A stretch of 28,100 nucleotides of DNA from Candidatus Bathyarchaeia archaeon (GTDB lineage Archaea; Thermoproteota; Bathyarchaeia; Bathyarchaeales; Bathycorpusculaceae): NCBI GenBank assembly GCA_049969855.1, contig JBMFOB010000016.1, positions 1 through 28,100 of the forward strand. Direction: 5' to 3'. Shown here in pieces: positions 19,136 through 27,520 of the stretch; within the stretch, counting starts at the first letter, position 1; each line of letters starts with the position of its first letter. Made by a program: the position numbers and the translations under genes. The notes beneath the pieces were generated by a model. It saw nothing but the letters and a program-made list of their open reading frames with translations, ran no database searches and was not told where the DNA came from.

Positions 19136-19852
19136 TCACCATGCGAATGGCGTGTCTAATACTTCTTTAACTTTGGCTGTTATTTTTGGTCCAAGTCCAT
19201 AAACTGTTTTTGACCAGTCGTCCACATTTGTTAGGGCGTTTATGGGGGTTTTGTAGGATTTAAGAATTGCTATGGCTTTTTCTCTTCCAATGTTTGGGAG
19301 GCTTGCCACGAAATAGACTTGGGCGTCCGCCACGGTTTCGCATTTTTTAATTGGGTGAATTGTTGGGATTCGCTTTTCTATGATTTGTTCTTGGCGGGCA
19401 GCCACTTGGAGAAAATCGATTGTTTCTTTGTATGATGTTGTGTTTACTATGGCTATGCCGTTTTTTGCCAGGTTAAACATGGCTCCCCAGACTGATGCGG
19501 GTTGGATTCTGCTGTACTTGTAGATTATTGGCAAGTACCCTTCTAAGAGGATTAGGGATTTTGGGTAGACTTCTTTAAGCTTAAACAATTGTTCGAAAAG
19601 ATATCGGCGTGTAAGCGTGTAGACAAAGTCTTGAACTGTTTTTCGCTCCACAGCGCAAATGTCGGACAGAACATAATCGCCTTTTTCTAAGGCTTCAATT
19701 TTGATGTTGACGCCTCGTTCTCTTAAGCCTTTAACAATTTTTGGGGCGGTGTTTGCTTCGCGGCTGTCAACTATTATTGTTGGTTCTTGTTCTTCGTTTT
19801 TCTTTTCTTTTAAGTATGGAAGCAGTGTTTCGGTTCCGGACATGAGGCTCAA
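19136..19852 (-). CDS. xpf: ERCC4/XPF structure-specific endonuclease, short helicase-less form
   Basis: IVDSRE, GDY...VERKT..DF and a C-terminal (HhH)2 (LPNIGREKA, VYGLGPK). Confidence 0.9.
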   Translation of the reverse strand: MSLMSGTETLLPYLKEKKNEEQEPTIIVDSREANTAPKIVKGLRERGVNIKIEALEKGDYVLSDICAVERKTVQDFVYTLTRRYLFEQLFKLKEVYPKSLILLEGYLPIIYKYSRIQPASVWGAMFNLAKNGIAIVNTTSYKETIDFLQVAARQEQIIEKRIPTIHPIKKCETVADAQVYFVASLPNIGREKAIAILKSYKTPINALTNVDDWSKTVYGLGPKITAKVKEVLDTPFAW

Positions 19853-19978
19853 CTCTTTTATGGTTTAATTGAGAACTTAGGGTTACTTACTGATAAAACT
19901 TGAGCATAAAATTGAATGGTTTCCTTTAGAGATTTTGGATAGACCCCCTAGGTTTTATTAGCCCCTTCCCCTCTAGGT

Positions 19979-20019
19979 TTTATCCATGCATTAGGGTTTT
20001 TAGTTGCTCTATTTCTTTG
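19979..20019. repeat. Direct repeat copy A (41 bp), a degenerate duplicate of the Type IIG gene 3' end
   Basis: tttatccAtgcattagggTttttagttgCtctatttctttg matches 20615-20655 at 38/41 nt. The minus strand reads KEIEQLKTLMHG* versus KEIEQLKALMQG*. Confidence 0.9.
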
Positions 20020-20055
20020 CTAATGTTTATTAGTTGTTTGGTTGTTTGTTGTTTT

Positions 20056-20498
20056 ATGGCTGTTGTTGGTGTTGATTTTAGTGGGAAGTTTTCGGATGCT
20101 CCTCCTTGTTTTTGTGTAGCTGTTAGAGATGAGCGTTTTTATTGTGTTTTGATGACTGGAAAAGCGAAGCGTGTTGTTAGAGTGCATAGGGTTCCGAAGG
20201 CTTTGGCTACTGCTGCTTTGATTTATTATACGGTTTTGCCTTTGGTTCAGGCTGGTGATGTTGTTTTGATTGATGCGGAGTATGATGTGAGTATTTGAGG
20301 AAAGTGCGTAGGTATTTGGAGAAGACTCTAAATGTGTCTTCTATAGCGGTTGGGCATATTTCTGATAGGGCTATCGAAAGGGCAGATAGGTTGTCGAAGG
20401 TTTTTAGGAGAAGGAGGTATTGTGATGAGAAAGACCCTGATATTTTAGAGTTTGTGAAAATGATTCATCCCGCTCGCGGAGCCCGTTTCACTCCGTGA
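20056..20498 (+). pseudogene. Small RNase H-fold (DUF3800-like) protein split by a -1 frameshift
   Basis: ORFs 20056-20298 and 20295-20498 join into ~147 aa if one T is added at agtatt(t)tgagg (~20294). Acidic motifs VGVDFSG / VLIDAE / IERADRLS are spaced like an RNase H-fold D-D-D triad. Confidence 0.55.
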
Positions 20499-20572
20499 TT
20501 GGTCTGGAATTTCCCAGTGGTGGTACTTTTCCTTAGGCTCTGATGAGCCTTCACGGCACGCCGCGAGGGGTT
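20469..20572 (-). ncRNA. Candidate structured non-coding RNA (three-way junction)
   Basis: Nested pairings: 20473-79/20561-67 (extended by 20469-71/20568-70), 20493-98/20551-56, hairpin 20535-40/20545-50 and hairpin 20504-08/20513-17. The last closes with G-U only on the minus strand. GC-rich island in AT-rich DNA, with a TATA box ~28 nt upstream on the minus strand. Confidence 0.65.
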
Positions 20573-20597
20573 ATCAGTTTAAATTAGTTTGTTTGGT

Positions 20598-20605
20598 CTT
20601 ATAAG
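20598..20605 (-). promoter_or_regulatory. Putative archaeal TATA box for the ncRNA candidate
   Basis: CTTATAAG lies 25-30 nt upstream (minus strand) of the first stem, just past the Type IIG stop codon. Confidence 0.45.
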
Positions 20606-20614
20606 GATATTGTC

Positions 20615-20655
20615 TTTATCCTTGCATTAGGGCTTTTAGTTGTTCTATTTCTTTG
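20615..20655. repeat. Direct repeat copy B (41 bp), the last codons and stop of the Type IIG gene
   Basis: 38/41 identical to 19979-20019, offset 636 bp. Confidence 0.9.
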
Positions 20656-23555
20656 GTTAATGCTGGGTATAGGTAGTCTAAGAGTTGGTTGGTTTCTGTT
20701 TCGTTGAAGCCTAAAATTTTGAGTATAGCCTTATCTATTTCAACTCTTGCCCAAAACCTACCCCGCAACTGCTCAAGAATGCTCGGAAACTTCTGCGTTT
20801 TAAACTTCTCGAATAAGTCAAGTAAAGCGTATTTTTCTTGCTGGGTCAATGTCTTTGGATTAAGCATCATTGAGTTTCTAATTTGATATTCGTGCAATTT
20901 TATCCAAGCCCCTCGCGTTTCCGTTCTATATATGAGCAATTGGAGAAGATTTAGAGTGCTGTTGAACCAGAGGGTGAAGATTTTGGCATCTTTATCGTTA
21001 AAGCCTTTAATGCTCCACATGTCTACTCCAAAAATGGGTGTTGCAGAGAAAAACGCCAGAAATTTGGTTCCTTTTGCGGATAAATCAAAGCGTCTGGAAA
21101 TAATCAAATTTGCCTTTTTAAGAAAAACTATCTTTTTCCAACGAGAAATGTCGGTTAATGCCTTTTTGGCTTGCTCTTCGTTAGGAAAGAGTTGATTAGC
21201 ATCTGAGAATTTATCGACAAGAATGTAATCAAGGTCATCAGAAATATCTAAAATATCACATCCGGCTGGTCTTCTGAAACCACGTTCCAGTACAAAAATG
21301 GGAATTGTGAGTGATTTTTGAAGGAATCTATGTTCAGAAATTACTGTATCTGGTTTTTCTTCTTTTACCACCCATACATCGTATTTTTTGATAGCTCGGT
21401 TTTTCTTTACTATAAAAGTGGAATTGAATGGTGGGATGTAAACGTCTTCGTACGCCTCAATTCTGTTTTCGTTAAAGTAAGAATTGCAATTTACCAGTTT
21501 GTTTTTAGCTTTTTGAGTAAATTGGTTAAGTAACTTTATTAAATGGAGGTCGGAAACCGAAATTAAAGGGAATAGATTATCCACAGACTCTTTCAATTCT
21601 CCTTGATTAATTACTGATAAAAGCATACCTTCGTCTTCATACGTATCACCAACAGCCATTTCCAACTTCTTATTTTGGATAATGTCAGCAATCCTTCGAG
21701 CGTCCTCTGTATTCTTAGGTAACTTTTTTAAAACAACTATACCGCATTTTAGAGAATTACTAATTTTACCACTTTCTTTATGACTCTTTAATTTCTTAGC
21801 AACTAATAAAATTTCCCTGAATTGAGCAGCTTCAGAGAAAGCTGCTCTTTCCCATGTTGTGATAATATACTCTATATGATAATTATCTACCCATAACTTT
21901 CTTGCCCCCTTCATCGATACTATCCGTAAGACTGTCGCAGGTAAGACAAAAGCTATTCTACCATCTGTTTTAGTGAACTTATCCGCCAAAAGCACGAAGA
22001 ATATGTGAAGCCCAACTCGACCATAAATTAAATTTTCGTATTCCTTGAGGCGGCTTTTCAGTTGTTCCTTATATATTTCTGGAAGCCTTTCAGCCCTTGT
22101 GAATGGTGGGTTCATTATTACTAGGTCTGCTTGCTCAAGTGGAATCTGTTCCCCACCAATTCCCTCCAGCGTTACTGCACCTTTCTCAACATAAGCCTCT
22201 TCCTTAAGCGGTTTCCCCTCCATAAACAACTCCAACGTCGGACGCTTATAAGCAGCTTTTAACTCTCTGGAAATAGCTGGAATAGTCTGTCCGGGCTCTA
22301 ATTCGGTTGAATCCCATACTGCTATGCGTACTTTTTCTGTTTCGTGCCCAGCAGCCAAAGCTTGAAGGGATAAATGCACAACAGCCATATGCGCAGCAAA
22401 AGGCATAATATCAACACCAGTCAAATCCTGCTCCAAAAACCGTTTATGGTCTTCAAGCGTAAAACCACCCTTCTCCCTCTGCAACAATTCCCTCTTACGC
22501 CTATAAGCTGCAACCAGAAGCGTCCCACTGCCACAAGCCAAATCCATAACCTTCGCATCAGCCCTATCAATGGCAAGCTGCGCCAAAATCTCAGCAGCCT
22601 CATTATTCGTGTAAAAAGCAGCAACAGCCTTCCTAACCTCAAAAGGAATCAACTCATGAAAAACCTTACCCAACAAATCATGCCTAATCTTCTCAGGAGC
22701 CAAAGCCTTAACAACCATAACAACCTTCCGCACAGTCTCAACAGCAGAATCAGGCAAACGAGAAGCCACATCAAAACCAAAAACGCTGCTAAAATCCCTA
22801 CGCAAAACAGGCTCAAAATAAGCCCTCAAATCACTTGGACGCTTAATCCTGTCCTCATCAATAACAGCAAAACTCGCATCAACCCGCGTCAAAACATGAT
22901 AAAACAACAACTGATTAACCAACAAATAAGTAACAGCCCTACGCATCTCCTCAAGCGGATACCGCCCCTCCTCATACTGCAAAACATTCTCAAAAACACT
23001 TTTACCACCAAAAATATCCTCCAACTCCCTACCCTGCAACATCCTAACACTAGCAGTAACATAATCAACAGCATCCCGCAAAACACGAATAGCAAAACCA
23101 GTATCAGCCTCAACAACAGGCGCCCTAAGAACATGCCCAGCCATCCAATCAGCAATCTCCGCCAAATTCCCAACAAAACGCTGACTAGGCCTCAAATCCT
23201 TGAAAATAGCCGTAACAACATACTCCGTCTTAGGGTTCAAAGCAATATTCAAAATCACCTCATGAGACCAAGGCCTCCGCAACTCCTCAGGAAACAAAAC
23301 AGCAAAAGCACCCTTAGCTTCAGTAACATACTTCGAATAATCATACAACCGCACCATAGCATCCAAAAGCTTAGGCTCAGCACCCAACTTAGTCTCAACA
23401 ACATACTCAGCCCCATTCTTCAACAACATATCAGGAGCCAAACGCCCAACAGGAGTCGAAACAGAAAACTCCGGAATAACAGTTACGCCTCTCTTACGCA
23501 ACTCCTCCTGCAACAAATCCCGAATCGTCATCTCAGTCGGCTTAGCCACACCCAC
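20616..23555 (-). CDS. Type IIG-like fused restriction endonuclease / N6-adenine methyltransferase with C-terminal specificity region
   Basis: N-terminal PD...ETK (PD-(D/E)xK), then gamma-class MTase motifs AFYT, DLACGSGTLL, GVDI, NPPF and FVLP; 979 aa. Confidence 0.85.
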   Translation of the reverse strand: MGVAKPTEMTIRDLLQEELRKRGVTVIPEFSVSTPVGRLAPDMLLKNGAEYVVETKLGAEPKLLDAMVRLYDYSKYVTEAKGAFAVLFPEELRRPWSHEVILNIALNPKTEYVVTAIFKDLRPSQRFVGNLAEIADWMAGHVLRAPVVEADTGFAIRVLRDAVDYVTASVRMLQGRELEDIFGGKSVFENVLQYEEGRYPLEEMRRAVTYLLVNQLLFYHVLTRVDASFAVIDEDRIKRPSDLRAYFEPVLRRDFSSVFGFDVASRLPDSAVETVRKVVMVVKALAPEKIRHDLLGKVFHELIPFEVRKAVAAFYTNNEAAEILAQLAIDRADAKVMDLACGSGTLLVAAYRRKRELLQREKGGFTLEDHKRFLEQDLTGVDIMPFAAHMAVVHLSLQALAAGHETEKVRIAVWDSTELEPGQTIPAISRELKAAYKRPTLELFMEGKPLKEEAYVEKGAVTLEGIGGEQIPLEQADLVIMNPPFTRAERLPEIYKEQLKSRLKEYENLIYGRVGLHIFFVLLADKFTKTDGRIAFVLPATVLRIVSMKGARKLWVDNYHIEYIITTWERAAFSEAAQFREILLVAKKLKSHKESGKISNSLKCGIVVLKKLPKNTEDARRIADIIQNKKLEMAVGDTYEDEGMLLSVINQGELKESVDNLFPLISVSDLHLIKLLNQFTQKAKNKLVNCNSYFNENRIEAYEDVYIPPFNSTFIVKKNRAIKKYDVWVVKEEKPDTVISEHRFLQKSLTIPIFVLERGFRRPAGCDILDISDDLDYILVDKFSDANQLFPNEEQAKKALTDISRWKKIVFLKKANLIISRRFDLSAKGTKFLAFFSATPIFGVDMWSIKGFNDKDAKIFTLWFNSTLNLLQLLIYRTETRGAWIKLHEYQIRNSMMLNPKTLTQQEKYALLDLFEKFKTQKFPSILEQLRGRFWARVEIDKAILKILGFNETETNQLLDYLYPALTKEIEQLKALMQG

Positions 23556-23694
23556 AAACCATCATCCAAAAATAAAATCCCACCCACAAGATAATATGCT
23601 TTATCATAACACCATCAACATATCAGACTCCAAATAGACGGGCTATGTGCTATTGCATATGCGAAAACAGAACATAAAAAGAAAATAAGGAAAA

Positions 23695-24999
23695 TTAAGG
23701 ACCTTTCTTAGTAATCTCCTTAACAACACCAGCAGCAATAGTAGTACCCATATCCCTAACAGCAAACCTTCCAAGCTCAGGAAACTCAGTATAAGTCTCA
23801 ATGGCAATCGGATGCAAAGGCTCCATCTTCACCAACGCTGCATCACCAGTCTTAAGGAAAGCAGGCTTCTCCTCCACAACATGTCCAGAACGCGGGTCAA
23901 TCTTCCTTATCAACTCAGTGAACCTACACGCAATCTGTCCAGTGTGATAATGCAGAACAGGCGTGTACCCAGCCGCTATAGCCGTTGGATGATAAATCAC
24001 AATTATTTGCCCAATGAACTCTTTAGCAACAGTAGGCGGATTACTAACATGCCCACAAACGTCTCCACGCCGCAAATCAGTCTTCGCAACACCCCTAACG
24101 TTAAAACCAATGTTGTCGCCAGGCTCAGCCCTAGGAATCCGCGTATGATGCATCTCAATAGACTTCACCTCAGCCTGCTTGTTCGCCGGCATAAAAACGA
24201 CCATGTCGCCTTCCTTGAGAACACCAGTCTCAACCCTGCCAACAGGAACAGTGCCAACACCAGTAATGCTGTAAACATCTTGAACTGGAATGCGCAAAGG
24301 CTTATTCAAAGGTTTAGATGGAACCTCAAAAGTGTCTAAAGCATCAAGCAAAGTTGGTCCCTTATACCACGGCATCTTCTCGCTTGGCTTAACAAGATTA
24401 TCACCCGTCCACCCAGAAGTTGGCACAAACGGAATCTTCTCAACCTTATAGCCAACCATTTTCAGCATCCGTGAAACCTCATTCTTCACCTCATTGTACC
24501 GCTCTTGACTCCAATTCACTGAAGCATCATCCATCTTGTTAACAGCAACAACCAACTGGTTAACACCCAAAGTAAACGCTAAGAAAGCATGCTCCCGCGT
24601 CTGACCACCAGGACCAATGCCAGCCTCAAACTCGCCTCTCTTAGCCGAAACAAAAAGTATAGCACCGTCAGCCTGGCTTGCTCCAGTAATCATGTTCTTA
24701 ACGAAATCTCTGTGTCCAGGCGCATCAATAACAGTAAAGTAATACTTCTTTGTTTCAAATTTTAAGAATCGAAGGTCAATAGTTAAGCCCCTTTCCCGCT
24801 CCTCTTTTAAATTGTCAAGCACCCATGCAAACTTGAATGTTTCCTTGCCCATTTTCCTAGCTTCTTCTTCATAAGCTTTTATTGTTCTATCATCAATTGC
24901 TCCCGCCAAGTACAACATGTGCCCAGTCGTTGTTGATTTTCCATGGTCAACATGTCCCATAATCACAAGGTTCAAGTGGGGTTTTTCTGGTCTACTCAT
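23695..24999 (-). CDS. tuf: Translation elongation factor 1-alpha (aEF1A)
   Basis: [42 protein letters not shown] and [10 protein letters not shown]. Confidence 0.99.
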   Translation of the reverse strand: MSRPEKPHLNLVIMGHVDHGKSTTTGHMLYLAGAIDDRTIKAYEEEARKMGKETFKFAWVLDNLKEERERGLTIDLRFLKFETKKYYFTVIDAPGHRDFVKNMITGASQADGAILFVSAKRGEFEAGIGPGGQTREHAFLAFTLGVNQLVVAVNKMDDASVNWSQERYNEVKNEVSRMLKMVGYKVEKIPFVPTSGWTGDNLVKPSEKMPWYKGPTLLDALDTFEVPSKPLNKPLRIPVQDVYSITGVGTVPVGRVETGVLKEGDMVVFMPANKQAEVKSIEMHHTRIPRAEPGDNIGFNVRGVAKTDLRRGDVCGHVSNPPTVAKEFIGQIIVIYHPTAIAAGYTPVLHYHTGQIACRFTELIRKIDPRSGHVVEEKPAFLKTGDAALVKMEPLHPIAIETYTEFPELGRFAVRDMGTTIAAGVVKEITKKGP

Positions 25000-25164
25000 T
25001 CTTTTTCCTCCTTTTATCCTACTCTTAATTTCCCTCTAAATTTAGTGGATTCGTTTACACAACTGTTCATTCAATTATTTTAACTTTATCATTACGCATT
25101 TACGTTTAATGGAAACGAATATTAACGTTAAATCTGGAAAACACTTCATGGAAGAGTCTAAATT

Positions 25165-26340
25165 ATGCCCACAAACCTACCAGCAGAAGCCAAACGCAAA
25201 TGGGCAGAAGTTTCAGCAACAAAAAACCCAAAAGAAAAACTTCAACTTATGCAAGAATTTTTAAGCCTAGTTCCAAAACACAAAGGAACAGCCAAACTTT
25301 GCGCCCAAGTTAAAAAACAAATGGCAACACTGCGAAAAGAAATCGAAGAAAAGAAACAGAGAAAAGCCGGCAGAGGCGGACCAAAATTCTTCATAGAAAA
25401 AGAAGGAGCCGCCCAAATAGCCATCATAGGCTTAACAAACGTTGGAAAAAGCAGTCTCCTAAAGGCTATAACAAACGCCAAAGTTGAAGTTTCACCAAAC
25501 CCATACACGACAAGAGAACCAGTTCCAGGCGTACTGAATTATCATGACATCCAATTCCAAATCGTAGAAGCCCCAGCCTTGATGGAAGGCTCCGCCGACG
25601 GAAGAGCTTGGGGACTTCAAACTTTAGCTTTAGCCCGCAACGCAGACGGCTTAATATTAATGGTTGATTTATCCCAAGAACCAGTTAAACAGTTGTCCCT
25701 CATTTTAAGCGAAATGGAAAAAGCAAGAATATCAGTCAACAAACCAAAAGCTCACGTTGAAATTGAAAAAAAGTTCATGGGCGCTGGTTTACGAATAATT
25801 TTAACTGGAAACCTCACAGACTGCACAATAAAGGATGTTGAAGAACTACTCAGAAGCTACAAGGTTAATGATGCAGTTGTCAAAATTTATGGAGAAGCAA
25901 CACTTGACAATGTTGAAGACGCAATTTTTGAAAGCACAGTCTACAAACCCACAATAATAGTTGCAAACAAAATCGAAACAGAAGACGCAGAAAAAAACCT
26001 AAAACTGTTAGAGGCTTACATAGGCGAAAGACTGCCAATACTCCCAATCTCATGCAAAAATAGACTAAACACAGAAAAGCTCGGCGAAATCTTGTTCAAA
26101 ACATTAGACATCATACGCATCTACACAAAAGAACCTGGCGAAAGAGAGTTTTCAAAAAAGCCATTCACATTAAAAAGAGGCTCAACAGTTTACGATTTAG
26201 CCAAAAACATTCACAGCGATTTTAGCAAGAATTTTTCCTTCGCAAAAGTTTGGTCCAAACGCCTCGTTTTTAGTCCCCAAAAAGTTGGGGCTGGATTTGT
26301 TCTTGAAGATGGAGATATAGTGGAGATTCACGTGAAATAG
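25165..26340 (+). CDS. DRG/Rbg-like OBG-family GTPase with C-terminal TGS domain
   Basis: MPTNLP, PKHKGT, G1 GLTNVGKS, G2 PYTT, G4 NKIE and TGS (IYTK...IH...LEDGDIVEIH). Confidence 0.9.
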   Translation: MPTNLPAEAKRKWAEVSATKNPKEKLQLMQEFLSLVPKHKGTAKLCAQVKKQMATLRKEIEEKKQRKAGRGGPKFFIEKEGAAQIAIIGLTNVGKSSLLKAITNAKVEVSPNPYTTREPVPGVLNYHDIQFQIVEAPALMEGSADGRAWGLQTLALARNADGLILMVDLSQEPVKQLSLILSEMEKARISVNKPKAHVEIEKKFMGAGLRIILTGNLTDCTIKDVEELLRSYKVNDAVVKIYGEATLDNVEDAIFESTVYKPTIIVANKIETEDAEKNLKLLEAYIGERLPILPISCKNRLNTEKLGEILFKTLDIIRIYTKEPGEREFSKKPFTLKRGSTVYDLAKNIHSDFSKNFSFAKVWSKRLVFSPQKVGAGFVLEDGDIVEIHVK

Positions 26341-26341
26341 C

Positions 26342-26935
26342 CTATCTTGAGGCTTGAGCTACTCTCTCTGTTTCGTGCCGTTTTGAAACCGCATAACTTT
26401 TCATGTCATGGTTTGCCGCCAAGATCAACTCTTCTGCAAGACATTCTTCTATCGAACGGGGATTATTTATTGAAGCAGTCCTCGCTCCTTCACAAATGTT
26501 TCTTAAAGCCAAGTCCACCCTTCTCTGCGGAGAAACATCAACTGACAAGTGATACACTATACCGCCATAACTAATCCTCGTCGTATCTTCGCATGGAGCC
26601 GAATTTTCCACAGCCCTAACCAAAACCTCTATTGGATTTTTGCCAGTACGCAAATGAATTATTTCAAAAGCTTGCCTTACAATATTCATAGCCTTAGCCT
26701 TCTTACCAGCATTTTTGCCAGGCCTCATAAGATTGTTTACCAGTCTTTCAACTATGTTGACGTTTGCCTTTCGGAAGCGTTTATGCTCATGTCTTCCCAT
26801 GCTGTGAGGGAGAACCATGGGTTTCAGGGATATATACCTCTGCAATCCTAAATCTCTAACTTGAATATCCCTAAAACTCCACTTTTCAAAAAGTTTAACA
26901 TCTTTCTCTTCTTCTTTTTGACCCAAACCTTTCAC
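26342..26935 (-). CDS. rps7: 30S ribosomal protein S7 (uS7)
   Basis: [44 protein letters not shown] and ERVAQASR. Confidence 0.98.
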   Translation of the reverse strand: MKGLGQKEEEKDVKLFEKWSFRDIQVRDLGLQRYISLKPMVLPHSMGRHEHKRFRKANVNIVERLVNNLMRPGKNAGKKAKAMNIVRQAFEIIHLRTGKNPIEVLVRAVENSAPCEDTTRISYGGIVYHLSVDVSPQRRVDLALRNICEGARTASINNPRSIEECLAEELILAANHDMKSYAVSKRHETERVAQASR

Positions 26936-27372
26936 CGCGCCGGTTTCTGTTTCCTTCCATAAACAAGCTCGTTTAAGGAAACGCCGTTAACCATTATGAC
27001 TTTCCAACGCACTCCAGGGATGTCGCCCATGCTTCTGCCTCTGGAACCGCCAATGCCTTCAACTATAACTTCGTCATGCTCGTCAACAACGTTTAGGGCT
27101 CCGTCTCCAGGCAAAAAGGCTGTTATAACCCGACCATTTTTAATCAGTTGAGTTCTAACACATTTTCTTATGGCACTGTTGGGCTGTTTACTTTCTACGC
27201 CAACTTTCTCCAAAACTATGCCCCTTGCCATAGGTGCACCTTCAAGAGGGTCCGCCTTAACATCAAGCATTAACATTCGCCTTTTATAGTACATGCTACT
27301 CCAACGGAATTTTTTCCGCTTTTCCATCAGTTTTCTTGCGGCAAACTCGCCTCTCGGAGATTTCGAACCCAT
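26932..27372 (-). CDS. rps12: 30S ribosomal protein S12 (uS12)
   Basis: [20 protein letters not shown] and [10 protein letters not shown]. Confidence 0.99.
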   Translation of the reverse strand: MGSKSPRGEFAARKLMEKRKKFRWSSMYYKRRMLMLDVKADPLEGAPMARGIVLEKVGVESKQPNSAIRKCVRTQLIKNGRVITAFLPGDGALNVVDEHDEVIVEGIGGSRGRSMGDIPGVRWKVIMVNGVSLNELVYGRKQKPAR

Positions 27373-27520
27373 AGCGCAATTTTCCTCTCGCTACGACTAA
27401 TCACACAACTAATATTTAAACAATAACATACATTTTTATCGTAATGCACAGAGAAAATCATATGAGAAGGAAAAGGCAAAATCAAACCAAACATCTAAAA
27501 CGCTCAGAGAAGCTGATTTA

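Noticed and set aside
20056-20498. TnpB/IS200-IS605 or IS transposase interpretation of the split ORF
   Set aside because: Too short, no zinc finger or RuvC-III DxNAA motif, and no terminal inverted repeats seen.
20539-20560. CTGATGA followed by a gcc/ggc stem, suggesting a hammerhead ribozyme core
   Set aside because: The required GAAA after stem II is missing (acgcc follows), and the motif is sequestered in the aggctc/gagcct hairpin.
20469-20572. tRNA or simple terminator interpretation of the GC-rich element
   Set aside because: No T-loop, D-loop or cloverleaf geometry; a four-stem nested fold is more than a terminator hairpin.
20541-20580. TGATGA as box C of a C/D sRNA
   Set aside because: No downstream CTGA box D at a suitable distance on that strand.
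22374-23594. 406 aa + strand ORF antisense to the Type IIG gene
   Set aside because: Shadow ORF. The strand is T-poor and C/A-rich so stops are rare; the product is low-complexity N/S/Q/P/L with no motifs.
23812-24339. 175 aa ORF antisense to tuf, and the many other short ORFs nested in or antisense to recognised genes
   Set aside because: They overlap well-supported genes and have no recognisable motifs.
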